24,749 bases of DNA from Thermovirgaceae bacterium (GTDB taxonomy: Bacteria; Synergistota; Synergistia; Synergistales; Thermovirgaceae), in NCBI GenBank assembly GCA_040767805.1, contig JAXGNU010000015.1, positions 1 to 24,749 on the forward strand, in the 5' to 3' direction. Below are positions 1 through 8,717 of this stretch, piece after piece. The position numbers and the translations under genes are program-made. How positions within the stretch are numbered: the stretch's first letter is position 1; each line of letters starts with the position of its first letter. The notes below the pieces were generated by a model, which searched no databases, was not told the DNA's origin, and was given only the letters and a program-made list of their open reading frames with translations.

Positions 1-4
1 CCCT

Positions 5-190
5 TCAAACTTTTCCTCCCACCTTGCCGCCGATCATCCAGTTCTCCGCCGGGGATTCTTCGATCTTGACGGTGACGGCCTCCACGGGGCAGCCGACCTT
101 CTCGACCACCACGTCGGTGATGGCCTTAGCCAGTTCCGTCTTGAACTCCTGGCTTCTTCCCGACCACAGGTCCACTCTCACTATTGGCAT
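5..190 (-). CDS. 4-oxalocrotonate tautomerase family protein
   Basis: 61 aa; Pro after the initiator Met (MPIVRVDLWSGRS), 'KTELAKAIT' and 'ENWMIGG' typical of the 4-OT family; GGAGG RBS upstream. Confidence 0.9.
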   Translation of the reverse strand: MPIVRVDLWSGRSQEFKTELAKAITDVVVEKVGCPVEAVTVKIEESPAENWMIGGKVGGKV

Positions 191-257
191 GGTTTCACCT
201 CCCTTGTCGTGTTTAGCCCGCCCGGCCGCGCCTTGTAGAAGGGCCCCGGATGGGCCT

Positions 258-1208
258 TCAGTACAACTCCGTGCTCAGGTACTTGAGCCCCGAATCGCAG
301 ACCAGGAACACCACGGTCTTGCCCTTTTCCGGCCCTTCCAGCAGCCGGCGGGCAGCGGCGGCGTGGGCGCCCGACGAAAAGCCCCCGAAGATCCCCTCGA
401 AACGGGCCAGGGCCCGGGCGCCGGAGGCGGCCTCGTCGTCGGTCACGGCGATGAATCCGTCCACCAGCGAGCGGTCGAGCAGGGGCAGTTCCCTGGAATA
501 GCCGCACCCCTGTATCTTGTGGCTGCCGCTGCCTCCGGGGTTCCCGAAGTAGGCCGCCTCGGCGGGTTCGCCCAGGTAGCACCGTATCGCCGGGTTGTGC
601 CCCTTCAGCACGCTGGAGATCCCCGTGAAGGAGCCGCCCGAGCCGGCCATATCCACGAAGGCGTCCACCCTGCCGCCTGTATCGCGCCAGATCTCCTCGC
701 CGGAGATCCGCTCCCCGGAGACGTTCCCCTCCATGGCGAACTGGTCGGCTCTGAAGGCGCCCCGCTCTTTGACCAGCCGGCGGGCCTCCTCGTCGACCAG
801 CTCCAGGTCCCTTCCCGAGACCTGGCCCGGGACCGAGCCCGGCGCCTGCGGCACCAGTACCACCTCCGCTCCCAGGGCGCGCATCATCCGCGCCCTCTCC
901 ATGGAGTTGCCCTCGGACATGACCGCCACGAAGCGGTAGCCCTTTATCCCGCAGGCCAGGGCGAGCCCCGTGCCGGTGTTGCCGCTGGTCAGTTCCACGA
1001 TGGTGTCCCCCGGCTTTATCCAGCCCTTTCCCTCCGCCTCCAGGACCATGTGCAGGCCCACCCTGTCCTTCTTGCTGAAGCCCGGGTTCAGGTGTTCCAG
1101 CTTCGCCAGGATGGTCCCCTCCAGGCCCCAGTGCCGGGTGAGCCTCCCGCAGTCGACGATCCTCGTGTCGCCTATCGCGCCGAGCACGCTATCTAGCACG
1201 GCCGCCAT
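258..1208 (-). CDS. Cysteine synthase / cystathionine beta-synthase family PLP enzyme (fold type II)
   Basis: KLEHLNPGFSKKDR (PLP Lys), ELTSGNTG, GSGGS, HKIQG and CDSGLKYLS motifs; start moved to ATG 1208 (MAAVLDS) after a G-rich RBS. Confidence 0.88.
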   Translation of the reverse strand: MAAVLDSVLGAIGDTRIVDCGRLTRHWGLEGTILAKLEHLNPGFSKKDRVGLHMVLEAEGKGWIKPGDTIVELTSGNTGTGLALACGIKGYRFVAVMSEGNSMERARMMRALGAEVVLVPQAPGSVPGQVSGRDLELVDEEARRLVKERGAFRADQFAMEGNVSGERISGEEIWRDTGGRVDAFVDMAGSGGSFTGISSVLKGHNPAIRCYLGEPAEAAYFGNPGGSGSHKIQGCGYSRELPLLDRSLVDGFIAVTDDEAASGARALARFEGIFGGFSSGAHAAAARRLLEGPEKGKTVVFLVCDSGLKYLSTELY

Positions 1209-1334
1209 CGTCTTCCCCCCGATCGTTCCCTTTTGGGCTATTCTAATACCTGGAGGCACGAGCGGCACCCCGTCCCCCTGTCCGATCGTCCGGCCGGGCG
1301 TCGGCTGGAGGCGGTGGAAGGCGAGGGAGTGATG

Positions 1335-2516
1335 ATGATGCTGAATGAAAGGCAAGAAGCGGTATTCCGGGGATACGACGACGGCCTTATCGAATTCGCC
1401 CGCGAACTGGTACGGGTCCGGAGCTACTCCGGGGAGGAGGAGGGCGTGGCCCGGCTGGTGGAGGCGAAAATGAAGGAGCTGGGCTACGACGAGGTCTTCA
1501 TCGACGGGACCGGCAACGTGGTGGGCCGCGTCGGCGGCGGGGCGAGGAGCGTCCTCTTCGACTCCCACATGGACACCGTGGAGGTCAAGGACGAAGGGGA
1601 GTGGTCACTGCCCCCTTTCGGCGCCGAGATAAGGGACGGCCGCCTCTACGGCCGCGGCTCGGTGGACATGAAGTCCTCCCTGGCCGCTTCGATCTACGCC
1701 GCCGCCGCGGCCCGGGACCTGGGTCTTCACGAAGGGCGGACCGTCTACGTGACCGCCACCGTCAGCGAGGAGTACTGCGACGGGGTGAACCTCAGGATGC
1801 TCTTCGCCGAAAGGGGGCTGAGGCCCGATTTCGTCGTCATCTGCGAGCCCTCGGGCAACCTGGTGACCCTGGGGCACAAGGGCAAGGCCCAACTGCTCCT
1901 TCGCACCCACGGCGTGTCGGCCCACGGCTCCGCCCCCGAAAAGGGCGTCAACGCCGTTTACGAGATGGCCGAAATAATCACCCGTGTGGAAAAATTGAAC
2001 GAGAACCTGGCCTCTTTCGGCCCGCCCCACGGGACGATCGTCCTCTCGGACATATCCTGCGTCAGCGCCTCCCTCAACGCCGTGCCCAGCGAGTGCAGCA
2101 TCTACCTCGACAGGAGGCTGGTCCCCGGTGAGACCGAAGAGGACGTGAAGCGCGAGATGGACGCCCTGACGGCCGGCAAGAGGGCCTCCTGGGAGATAGG
2201 CGTCCTCCGGAGGAAGAGCTGGACCGGCGTCGAACTGGTCTACACCCCGCTCCACGAGGCCTGGGAGATCGACAGGGGTCACGAACTGGTCAAGGCCTGC
2301 GACAGGGCCCACGAAAAGGTCTTCGGGCGAAAACCGGAGAAGTACGGCTTCTGGGACTTCGGGACCAACGCCGTGACCCCCGTGAGCATGGGGATACCCA
2401 CCATCGGCTTCGGCCCCGGCGATTACAAGCTGGCCCACAGCGTCAACGAGAACTGCGAGGTGGGCAGTATCCTGGAGGCCTTCCGGTTCTACGGAACACT
2501 GATCGGTGAGGTATGA
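1335..2516 (+). CDS. M20 metallohydrolase, YgeY-like
   Basis: DSHMDTV, GRGSVDMK, SEE, CEPS, SAHGSAPEKG and GFGPG..LAH motifs; start among ATG 1332/1335/1338 after GAGGGAG. Confidence 0.85.
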   Translation: MMLNERQEAVFRGYDDGLIEFARELVRVRSYSGEEEGVARLVEAKMKELGYDEVFIDGTGNVVGRVGGGARSVLFDSHMDTVEVKDEGEWSLPPFGAEIRDGRLYGRGSVDMKSSLAASIYAAAAARDLGLHEGRTVYVTATVSEEYCDGVNLRMLFAERGLRPDFVVICEPSGNLVTLGHKGKAQLLLRTHGVSAHGSAPEKGVNAVYEMAEIITRVEKLNENLASFGPPHGTIVLSDISCVSASLNAVPSECSIYLDRRLVPGETEEDVKREMDALTAGKRASWEIGVLRRKSWTGVELVYTPLHEAWEIDRGHELVKACDRAHEKVFGRKPEKYGFWDFGTNAVTPVSMGIPTIGFGPGDYKLAHSVNENCEVGSILEAFRFYGTLIGEV

Positions 2517-2547
2517 ACCCGTTTCATCGACGAAGGGGGACGTAGCA

Positions 2548-2883
2548 GTGATAACCTATGAGGATTTCGAAAAGGTCGATATGCGCGTCGGGAAGGTGAT
2601 CGACGTCCAGGATTTTCCCAGGGCGAAGAACCCCTCCTACAAGGTCAGGATCGACTTCGGCGGGGAAATAGGCGTGAAGAGCTCGAGCCTCCAGGCCAAA
2701 AAGGACTACACCCCCGAGGAAATGCTCGGCCGTTACGTGGTCTGCGTGGTCAACTTCCCCCCCAGGAACATCGCGGGGTTCCTGTCGGAGGTGCTCGTCC
2801 TGGGCGTCCCCGGCCCCGGGGACAGCGTCAGCCTGCTGGCCGTCGACAGGGCCCCCGTCCCCCTCGGTGGCAGGGTCTTCTAG
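2548..2883 (+). CDS. csaA: CsaA-type tRNA-binding/chaperone OB-fold protein
   Basis: ITYEDFEKVDMRVG, IDFG, VVNFPPRNIAGFLSEVLVLG; GTG start after AGGGGG. Confidence 0.88.
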   Translation: MITYEDFEKVDMRVGKVIDVQDFPRAKNPSYKVRIDFGGEIGVKSSSLQAKKDYTPEEMLGRYVVCVVNFPPRNIAGFLSEVLVLGVPGPGDSVSLLAVDRAPVPLGGRVF

Positions 2884-2936
2884 TCCAGGCGGGTGACTGG
2901 ATACCAGGGGGGCAGGGCTCCACGGGAGGTCGAAGG

Positions 2937-4346
2937 ATGAAAAAGGAAAAGGGCAAGATCTCCGCAATAATGCGGGAACAGGCTCTCGACAAGGGATTGC
3001 TCGAAAAGGCCGGGAGGTGCGCCCAGGATTACCTGGACTCCGTCCTCGACCGGCCCGTCTTTCCGGGAGAGGAGGACCTCGAAGGGCTCGAGGAGTTCCG
3101 CCATGACCTGCCTGAAGAGCCCGGCGACCCGGGGGAGATCCTGGACAGGCTTCACCGTTTCGGATCGCCCGGGACGGTCGCCCAGGTGGGGGGGCGCTAC
3201 TTCGGTTTTGTCAACGGGGGGGTCGTCCCCGCCTCGCTGGCGGTGAAACGGCTCATCGACGCCTGGGACCAGAATGCCGCCCTCTACGCGATGTCCCCGG
3301 TCGTGTCGGTCCTGGAAGAAGTCTGCGAGGGGTGGCTCGTGGACCTCTTCGGCCTTCCGGAAGGATCCGCCGCCGGTTTCGTCGGGGGCTCCGCCACGGC
3401 CAACCTCTGCGGCATCGCGGCCGGCCGCGACCACCTGCTGGCGAAATGCGGCTGGGACGCTTCATCGAAGGGGCTTTTCGGGGCACCCGAACTCAAGGTG
3501 GTCGTCGGCGACGGGGCGCACGCCACGGTCTTCAAGGCCCTCTCGATCCTCGGGCTCGGCGGGGAACGACTTGTACGGGTCCCCGCCGACGGGCAGGGAC
3601 GCCTACGGCCCGACGGCCTACCCGTTTTGGACGAAAGGACGCTGCTGATACTCCAGGCGGGGAACGTCAGCTCCGGGGCCTTCGACCCCTTCGCCGAGAT
3701 CTGCCCCAGGGCCAGGGAGGCGGGTGCCTGGGTCCATATCGACGGGGCCTTCGGCCTCTGGGCGGCGGCGTCGCCAAGGCTCAGGCACCTCACGGCTGGA
3801 ATGGAACTGGCCGATTCGTGGTCCGTCGATGCCCACAAGACCCTCAACGCGCCCTACGACTCCGGCATCGTGCTCTGCCGTCAAAGGGAGGCCCTCACCG
3901 GGGCCCTCCAGGTGTCGGGCTCCTACATTGCCCCGAGCGGCCATCGCGACGGGATGCACTACACCCTCGACATGTCGAGGAGGGCGCGGGCCGTGGAACT
4001 ATGGGCCTGCCTGGCGGCGCTGGGCCGGCGGGGAGTGGCGGAACTGGTCGAGGACCTCCACGACAAGGCGGTCCTCTTCGCCCACGCCCTGGCGAGGGAG
4101 GGTTTCCATATCCTCAACGAGGTCTGCTTCAACCAGGTGCTGGTCTCCTGCGGCGACCCCCGCCTCACCAAAAGGACCCTCGCCTCAGCCCAGGGTTCGG
4201 GGGAATGCTGGTGCGGCAGCGCCCAGTGGGACGGCGAGTTCGTGATGAGGGTCAGCGTCTGCTCTTACCGCACCACGGCCGAGGACATCGAACGGTCGGT
4301 GCGGGCCTTCGTCCGTGCCCGGGAAGAAAGTCAACTCGCCCGGTAG
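2937..4346 (+). CDS. Group II PLP-dependent amino-acid decarboxylase
   Basis: RYFGFV, GGSATAN, WVHIDGAFG and DSWSVDAHKTL (PLP Lys); GGAGG RBS. Substrate unknown. Confidence 0.88.
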   Translation: MKKEKGKISAIMREQALDKGLLEKAGRCAQDYLDSVLDRPVFPGEEDLEGLEEFRHDLPEEPGDPGEILDRLHRFGSPGTVAQVGGRYFGFVNGGVVPASLAVKRLIDAWDQNAALYAMSPVVSVLEEVCEGWLVDLFGLPEGSAAGFVGGSATANLCGIAAGRDHLLAKCGWDASSKGLFGAPELKVVVGDGAHATVFKALSILGLGGERLVRVPADGQGRLRPDGLPVLDERTLLILQAGNVSSGAFDPFAEICPRAREAGAWVHIDGAFGLWAAASPRLRHLTAGMELADSWSVDAHKTLNAPYDSGIVLCRQREALTGALQVSGSYIAPSGHRDGMHYTLDMSRRARAVELWACLAALGRRGVAELVEDLHDKAVLFAHALAREGFHILNEVCFNQVLVSCGDPRLTKRTLASAQGSGECWCGSAQWDGEFVMRVSVCSYRTTAEDIERSVRAFVRAREESQLAR

Positions 4347-4481
4347 AACGCCCTAGGTCGGCGGGAGTCTTCGCCGTTAACCTGGATTTTGTGTTTCTCC
4401 AGTTCCAAAATGGCGACGGTTCGCAGGAAAAGAAAGCGCGGTCCGGGAAGGTCCAAAAGGAAGGAAAAGTGATTTCTTCTC

Positions 4482-4490
4482 TGTTATCAT
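4482..4490 (+). promoter_or_regulatory. Possible extended -10 promoter of the methionine gamma-lyase gene
   Basis: TGtTATCAT about 40 nt upstream of ATG 4531; no clear -35. Confidence 0.35.
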
Positions 4491-4530
4491 GGGCGGAAAT
4501 AACGATCCCTTGAATGAAGGAGGAGAAGAA

Positions 4531-5709
4531 ATGTCCTACCGTTTCGAAACTCTCTGTGTGCACTTGGGTACCCACCCCGATCCGATCACCGGGGCCCTCT
4601 CCACGCCCATCTACCAGACCTCGACCTTCGCTTTCCGCAATGCCGACGAAGGGGCCCGGCGATTCAAAGGTGAGGAGGATGGCTACATTTACACCCGCCT
4701 GGGGAACCCCAACCATACGGCCGTCGAGGATAAGATCGCCGGTCTTGAAGGCGGTGAAGCTGCCGCGGTGACGGCTTCGGGCATGGGGGCCATCGCTTCG
4801 GTCATGTGGACAGCCCTGTCTTCGGGGGATCACGTGATCGCGGCAAGGTCCCTCTATGGATGCACCCACGCCTTGATGAACCACCAGTTCCCCCGTTTCG
4901 GCATGGAAGCGACCTTCATGGACCTCACGGACCTTGATGCCGTGAGGTCGGCCGTCAGGCCGAACACGCGGATGATCTACTGTGAATCACCGTCGAACCC
5001 CACCATGGATATAGCCGACCTGGAAGCCCTTTCCAGGATAGCCCACGACTCGGGAGCCCTGCTCGTCGTCGATAACACCTACTGCACCCCCGTCATCCAG
5101 CGTCCTCTCGAGCTTGGGGCCGATGTGGTGGTCCACTCCGCCACGAAATACTTGAACGGCCATGGCGACGTCATTGCCGGAGTGGTCGTAGGGGGCAAGG
5201 AGTTTATAGGCCGTATCAAGAGCGAGGGTTTAAAGGACCTCACCGGGGCGACTCTTTCTCCCTTTGACGCGTTCCTTCTGCTCCGGGGTATGAAGACCCT
5301 TCATGTCCGTATCCCCAGGCACTGCGAGACAGCCCTGTCCGTGGCACGTTTCCTGGAGAAGCGGAAAGAGGTGGACCGGGTACGGTACCCCGGCCTCGAC
5401 GGCTTCCCCCAGAAGGAATTGGCCGACAAGCAGATGAGGCATTACGGGGCCATAATAGCCATGGAGCTCAAAGGCGGGTACGAGGCCGGCAAGAAATTCA
5501 TCAACAGCACGAAGCTTTGGACCCTTGCGGTGAGCCTCGGGGACGCCGAGTCGCTGATCCAGCATCCCGCGTCAATGACCCATTCCGCCCTTTCCGATGA
5601 AGAGCAGGAGAGGGCGGGGATCTCCAAGGGGCTCATCAGGCTTTCCGTGGGCCTCGAGGACGCCGACGACTTGATAGAAGACCTTGAGGGCGCTTTTGCC
5701 GCCCTTTGA
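4531..5709 (+). CDS. megL: Methionine gamma-lyase
   Basis: PIYQTSTF, YIYTRLGNP, LYGCT (MGL-type Cys), SATKYLNGHGD, LKDLTG, AVSLGDAESLIQHPASMTH; AGGAGG RBS before ATG 4531. Confidence 0.88.
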   Translation: MSYRFETLCVHLGTHPDPITGALSTPIYQTSTFAFRNADEGARRFKGEEDGYIYTRLGNPNHTAVEDKIAGLEGGEAAAVTASGMGAIASVMWTALSSGDHVIAARSLYGCTHALMNHQFPRFGMEATFMDLTDLDAVRSAVRPNTRMIYCESPSNPTMDIADLEALSRIAHDSGALLVVDNTYCTPVIQRPLELGADVVVHSATKYLNGHGDVIAGVVVGGKEFIGRIKSEGLKDLTGATLSPFDAFLLLRGMKTLHVRIPRHCETALSVARFLEKRKEVDRVRYPGLDGFPQKELADKQMRHYGAIIAMELKGGYEAGKKFINSTKLWTLAVSLGDAESLIQHPASMTHSALSDEEQERAGISKGLIRLSVGLEDADDLIEDLEGAFAAL

Positions 5710-5731
5710 TAGTTTCCGACTGTGAGGTAGA

Positions 5732-5823
5732 GGGGTCAGGTCTACACTTTCGACTTTCCCTCCTTTATCCAAGCCAGAGGTGCTTAAATCGCTTGCTCAA
5801 GTCAAAAGTGTAGGTCTGACACC
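5732..5823. repeat. Repeat cluster 1: variant A (+, 5732-5755) and variant B (-, 5800-5823) as an inverted pair
   Basis: GGGGTCAGGTCTACACTTTCGACT, a 44-bp spacer, then AGTCAAAAGTGTAGGTCTGACACC; lies between convergent megL and leuB. Confidence 0.95.
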
Positions 5824-6950
5824 TATCTCCTGATGATCCCGGCGGCGATCGAGTCCCCCGCCGCCGTTGTCGTGGCCTTCCCGCCCAATTCAATGGGGAG
5901 AGCGTCCCCGCCCTCGGACAGGTAGTCGAAGACAGCCCTTTCAATGGCTTTGGCCGCTTCGACCTCTCCCAGGTGTTCCAGCATGAGGCTCGCCGAGAGG
6001 GCTGCCGCCACGGGGTTGGACCTCCCAGTACCGACGATGTCCGGTGCCGAACCGTGGACCGGCTCGAACATGGAGAGTCCGTCGCCGATATTGGCCCCGG
6101 CGGCGGTTCCCAGCCCCCCGGCGAGGCCTGCCAGGAGGTCGCTGACGATATCGCCGAACATGTTGGGTGTCAGTATCACCCCGTATCGTTCCGGTTCACG
6201 GCACAGGTGATAGCAGAGGGCATCGACGTTGACCACCTCCAGGGCCATGCCCTTTCTCTTTGCCTCATCGGCGGCCACGTCTTCCCAGAAACCGTAGATG
6301 ATGGGGAGGGCGTTCGATTTCGAAGCCAGCGTCACCCTGTCCTCGCCCCTCTGCCGGGCTTTGTCGCAGGCCCACGCCGTCGACCGTCGCACCGCCGGTT
6401 CCGTGGCCAGCCCAACCTGGGCGGCGCAGGCCAGCTGCCTGTCAAAGGACAGATGTAGGCTCCCCTCACCGATATAGAGGCCCCTCCTGATTGGGAAGGA
6501 CGATTCCAGCGTCGGGCCGTCACTCCTGCCCCCGATGCCCATGTAGAAATCCTCGGTGTTCTCCCGCACCACCACGATGTCGAAGTCCCTGAGCTGCATG
6601 GTCGCACCCACACCGGGGAGGGACCGGGAGGGCCTGAGGTTGATGTATTGGTCGAAATGGAAGCGCAGGGCCAGCAAGATGCCCCTTTCAAGGATACCGG
6701 GCTTCACTTCCGGACGGCCTATGGCTCCCAGTAGCAGCGCGTCGCACCGGGCTATCTCTTGTATGGCTTCGTCGGGCAAAACCTCTCCTGTTTCAAGGTA
6801 ATGAAGCCCCCCGAAGGGTAAGTCGAGCCACTCCGCCTTGAAACCAAAGGCCCTGCCGGCGGTATCGACGGCTTTTTTAGCCTCCGCCGTGACTTCGGGG
6901 CCCACCCCGTCCCCGGCGATGGTGGCGATCCTCAATGAACGCAGGGTCAT
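5823..6950 (-). CDS. leuB: 3-isopropylmalate dehydrogenase
   Basis: GDGVGPEV, YINLRP, VRENTEDFY, NMFGDIVSD, FEPVHGSAPDI; last gene of the leu operon. Confidence 0.9.
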   Translation of the reverse strand: MTLRSLRIATIAGDGVGPEVTAEAKKAVDTAGRAFGFKAEWLDLPFGGLHYLETGEVLPDEAIQEIARCDALLLGAIGRPEVKPGILERGILLALRFHFDQYINLRPSRSLPGVGATMQLRDFDIVVVRENTEDFYMGIGGRSDGPTLESSFPIRRGLYIGEGSLHLSFDRQLACAAQVGLATEPAVRRSTAWACDKARQRGEDRVTLASKSNALPIIYGFWEDVAADEAKRKGMALEVVNVDALCYHLCREPERYGVILTPNMFGDIVSDLLAGLAGGLGTAAGANIGDGLSMFEPVHGSAPDIVGTGRSNPVAAALSASLMLEHLGEVEAAKAIERAVFDYLSEGGDALPIELGGKATTTAAGDSIAAGIIRR

Positions 6951-7459
6951 CGGGTCTTCCTCCTTTCCAGTTCCTCCCTCACGAAGGGGACGAGCCCTCC
7001 CGCGGCCACTATCTCTTCGATGAAAGGCGGGAAGGGGGAGAAATGAAAGACCTGCCCGCTGCCGGTCATGGTGATGGTCCCCGAAGAGGTGTCCACTTCA
7101 AGGGTGTCGCCCTCCGCTATGGCCTTTGACGCTTCGGGGCACTCAAAAATGGGAAGCCCCACGTTGATGGCGTTGCGGAAAAAGATCCTAGCGTAGGAAG
7201 CGGCGATGACACCGCCGCACCCGGCACCTTTCAGGGCCAAAGGGGCGTGTTCCCGCGACGAGCCGCAGCCGAAATTTTCGCCGGCGACTATGAAGTCGCC
7301 CGGTGCCACTCTTGTGGAGAAGTCGGGGACCAGTCCCTCCATACAGTGTTTCCCGAGTATCCTCGGGTCCGACGTGACGAGGTAGCGGGCGGGTATTATC
7401 ACGTCCGTATCCACGTCATCCCCGAAAACCCAGGCCTTTCCAGTGATCGTCCTAGTCAT
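6947..7459 (-). CDS. leuD: 3-isopropylmalate dehydratase small subunit
   Basis: [43 protein letters not shown]. Confidence 0.95.
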   Translation of the reverse strand: MTRTITGKAWVFGDDVDTDVIIPARYLVTSDPRILGKHCMEGLVPDFSTRVAPGDFIVAGENFGCGSSREHAPLALKGAGCGGVIAASYARIFFRNAINVGLPIFECPEASKAIAEGDTLEVDTSSGTITMTGSGQVFHFSPFPPFIEEIVAAGGLVPFVREELERRKTR

Positions 7460-8717
7460 TGGCTAACACCTCCGAGGGATCCGCCACACGGCCGGCCACG
7501 GCGCTAGCTGCCGCGACGAGGGGTCCCGAAAGCACGACCTCGCTGCCGGCATCTCCCATGCGGCCGACGAAGTTCCTGTTGCTGGTCGACACGCACCGCT
7601 CGCCCTTCGCCAGGATCCCCATGTGCCCGCCTATGCAGGGGCCGCAAGTAGGCGTGCAGACCACGGCTCCGGCCTGGATAAAGGTGTCGATTAAACCCAA
7701 CCGGAGAGCGTCGGCGAAGATCTCCCTGGAAGCGGGGATCACGACGCAGCGCACCGAGGGGTGGACCTCCCTGCCCCGAAGGACCCGGGCGGCCTGCTCG
7801 AGATCGGTGAGGCGGCCGTTGGTACAGGACCCGATGAACACCTGGTCCACCGGCATGGGGCCCACCTCGAGGGCGGGGCGGACGTTGGCCGGAGAGTGGG
7901 GGAGCGCCACCAGGGGGGTCATATCCGATACTTCCACCACTATTTCCTTCTCGTAGGGGGCTCCCCTTTCGGGAAAGGCTGGTTCGAAGCTCCTCGCCGC
8001 CCGAGGCGTCACCCAGTCCAGGGCTGTTTTATCGGGAGTGAAGAGCCCCGCCTTGGCCCCAGTCTCCACGGCCATGTTGGCGATGGTAAAACGGTCATCC
8101 ATGGGTAGCCGCTCCACTACCTCCCCTGAGAATTCCAGGGCCTTGTACCGGGCCCCCTGGACGCCGATCAAGGAAAGGAGCGCCAGGATGAGGTCTTTGC
8201 CCCCGATGTTTTCGGGCTTCTCCCCCTCGAAACGGACCTTTATCGTGGAAGGCACCCGAAGCCAGGTCTCACCGAGCGCCCAAAGGGCCGCAAGGTCGGT
8301 GCTGCCCACTCCTGTGGCGAAGGCGCCGAGGGCCCCGCCTGTGCAGGTGTGGCTATCGGCCCCCAGGATGATCTCACCCGGCAGGATGTGCCCCTGTTCC
8401 GGCAGGAAAGCATGCTCGATGCCCACCCTGCCTTGCTCCCAGTAGAGCATTCCCTGTTCAAGGGCGAAATCCCGGGCTTCCTTCGCCTGTTCGGCGGCGG
8501 GGATGTCCTTGTTGGGTGTGAAATGATCGGGCAGCAGGGCGCATCGCGCCGGGTCGAAGACCTTCTCCGCCCCCATTTCTTTGAAAGAACGTATCGCCGG
8601 CGGCCCCGTTATATCATTGGCGAAAGCAAGGTCTACCCTTACGCGGCAAAGGGTTCCTTCCTCGGGAGCCTTATCGGACTTCCTGGACAGGATCGCCTGG
8701 GCCAAGGTCATTGCCAT
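7452..8717 (-). CDS. leuC: 3-isopropylmalate dehydratase large subunit
   Basis: DHF, DSHTCT, IGSCTNGR, CGPCIG (Fe-S Cys ligands), SNRNFVGRMG. Confidence 0.95.
   Translation of the reverse strand: MAMTLAQAILSRKSDKAPEEGTLCRVRVDLAFANDITGPPAIRSFKEMGAEKVFDPARCALLPDHFTPNKDIPAAEQAKEARDFALEQGMLYWEQGRVGIEHAFLPEQGHILPGEIILGADSHTCTGGALGAFATGVGSTDLAALWALGETWLRVPSTIKVRFEGEKPENIGGKDLILALLSLIGVQGARYKALEFSGEVVERLPMDDRFTIANMAVETGAKAGLFTPDKTALDWVTPRAARSFEPAFPERGAPYEKEIVVEVSDMTPLVALPHSPANVRPALEVGPMPVDQVFIGSCTNGRLTDLEQAARVLRGREVHPSVRCVVIPASREIFADALRLGLIDTFIQAGAVVCTPTCGPCIGGHMGILAKGERCVSTSNRNFVGRMGDAGSEVVLSGPLVAAASAVAGRVADPSEVLAND

Noticed and set aside
1335..2516. Selenoprotein or recoding signal in the YgeY-like gene
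   Set aside because: No in-frame TGA; the ORF is full length.
4347..4530. SAM riboswitch or sigma54 promoter upstream of megL
   Set aside because: TTATCA is present but the rest of the S-box core and a terminator are missing; the TGGC...GC spacing is one base short for sigma54.
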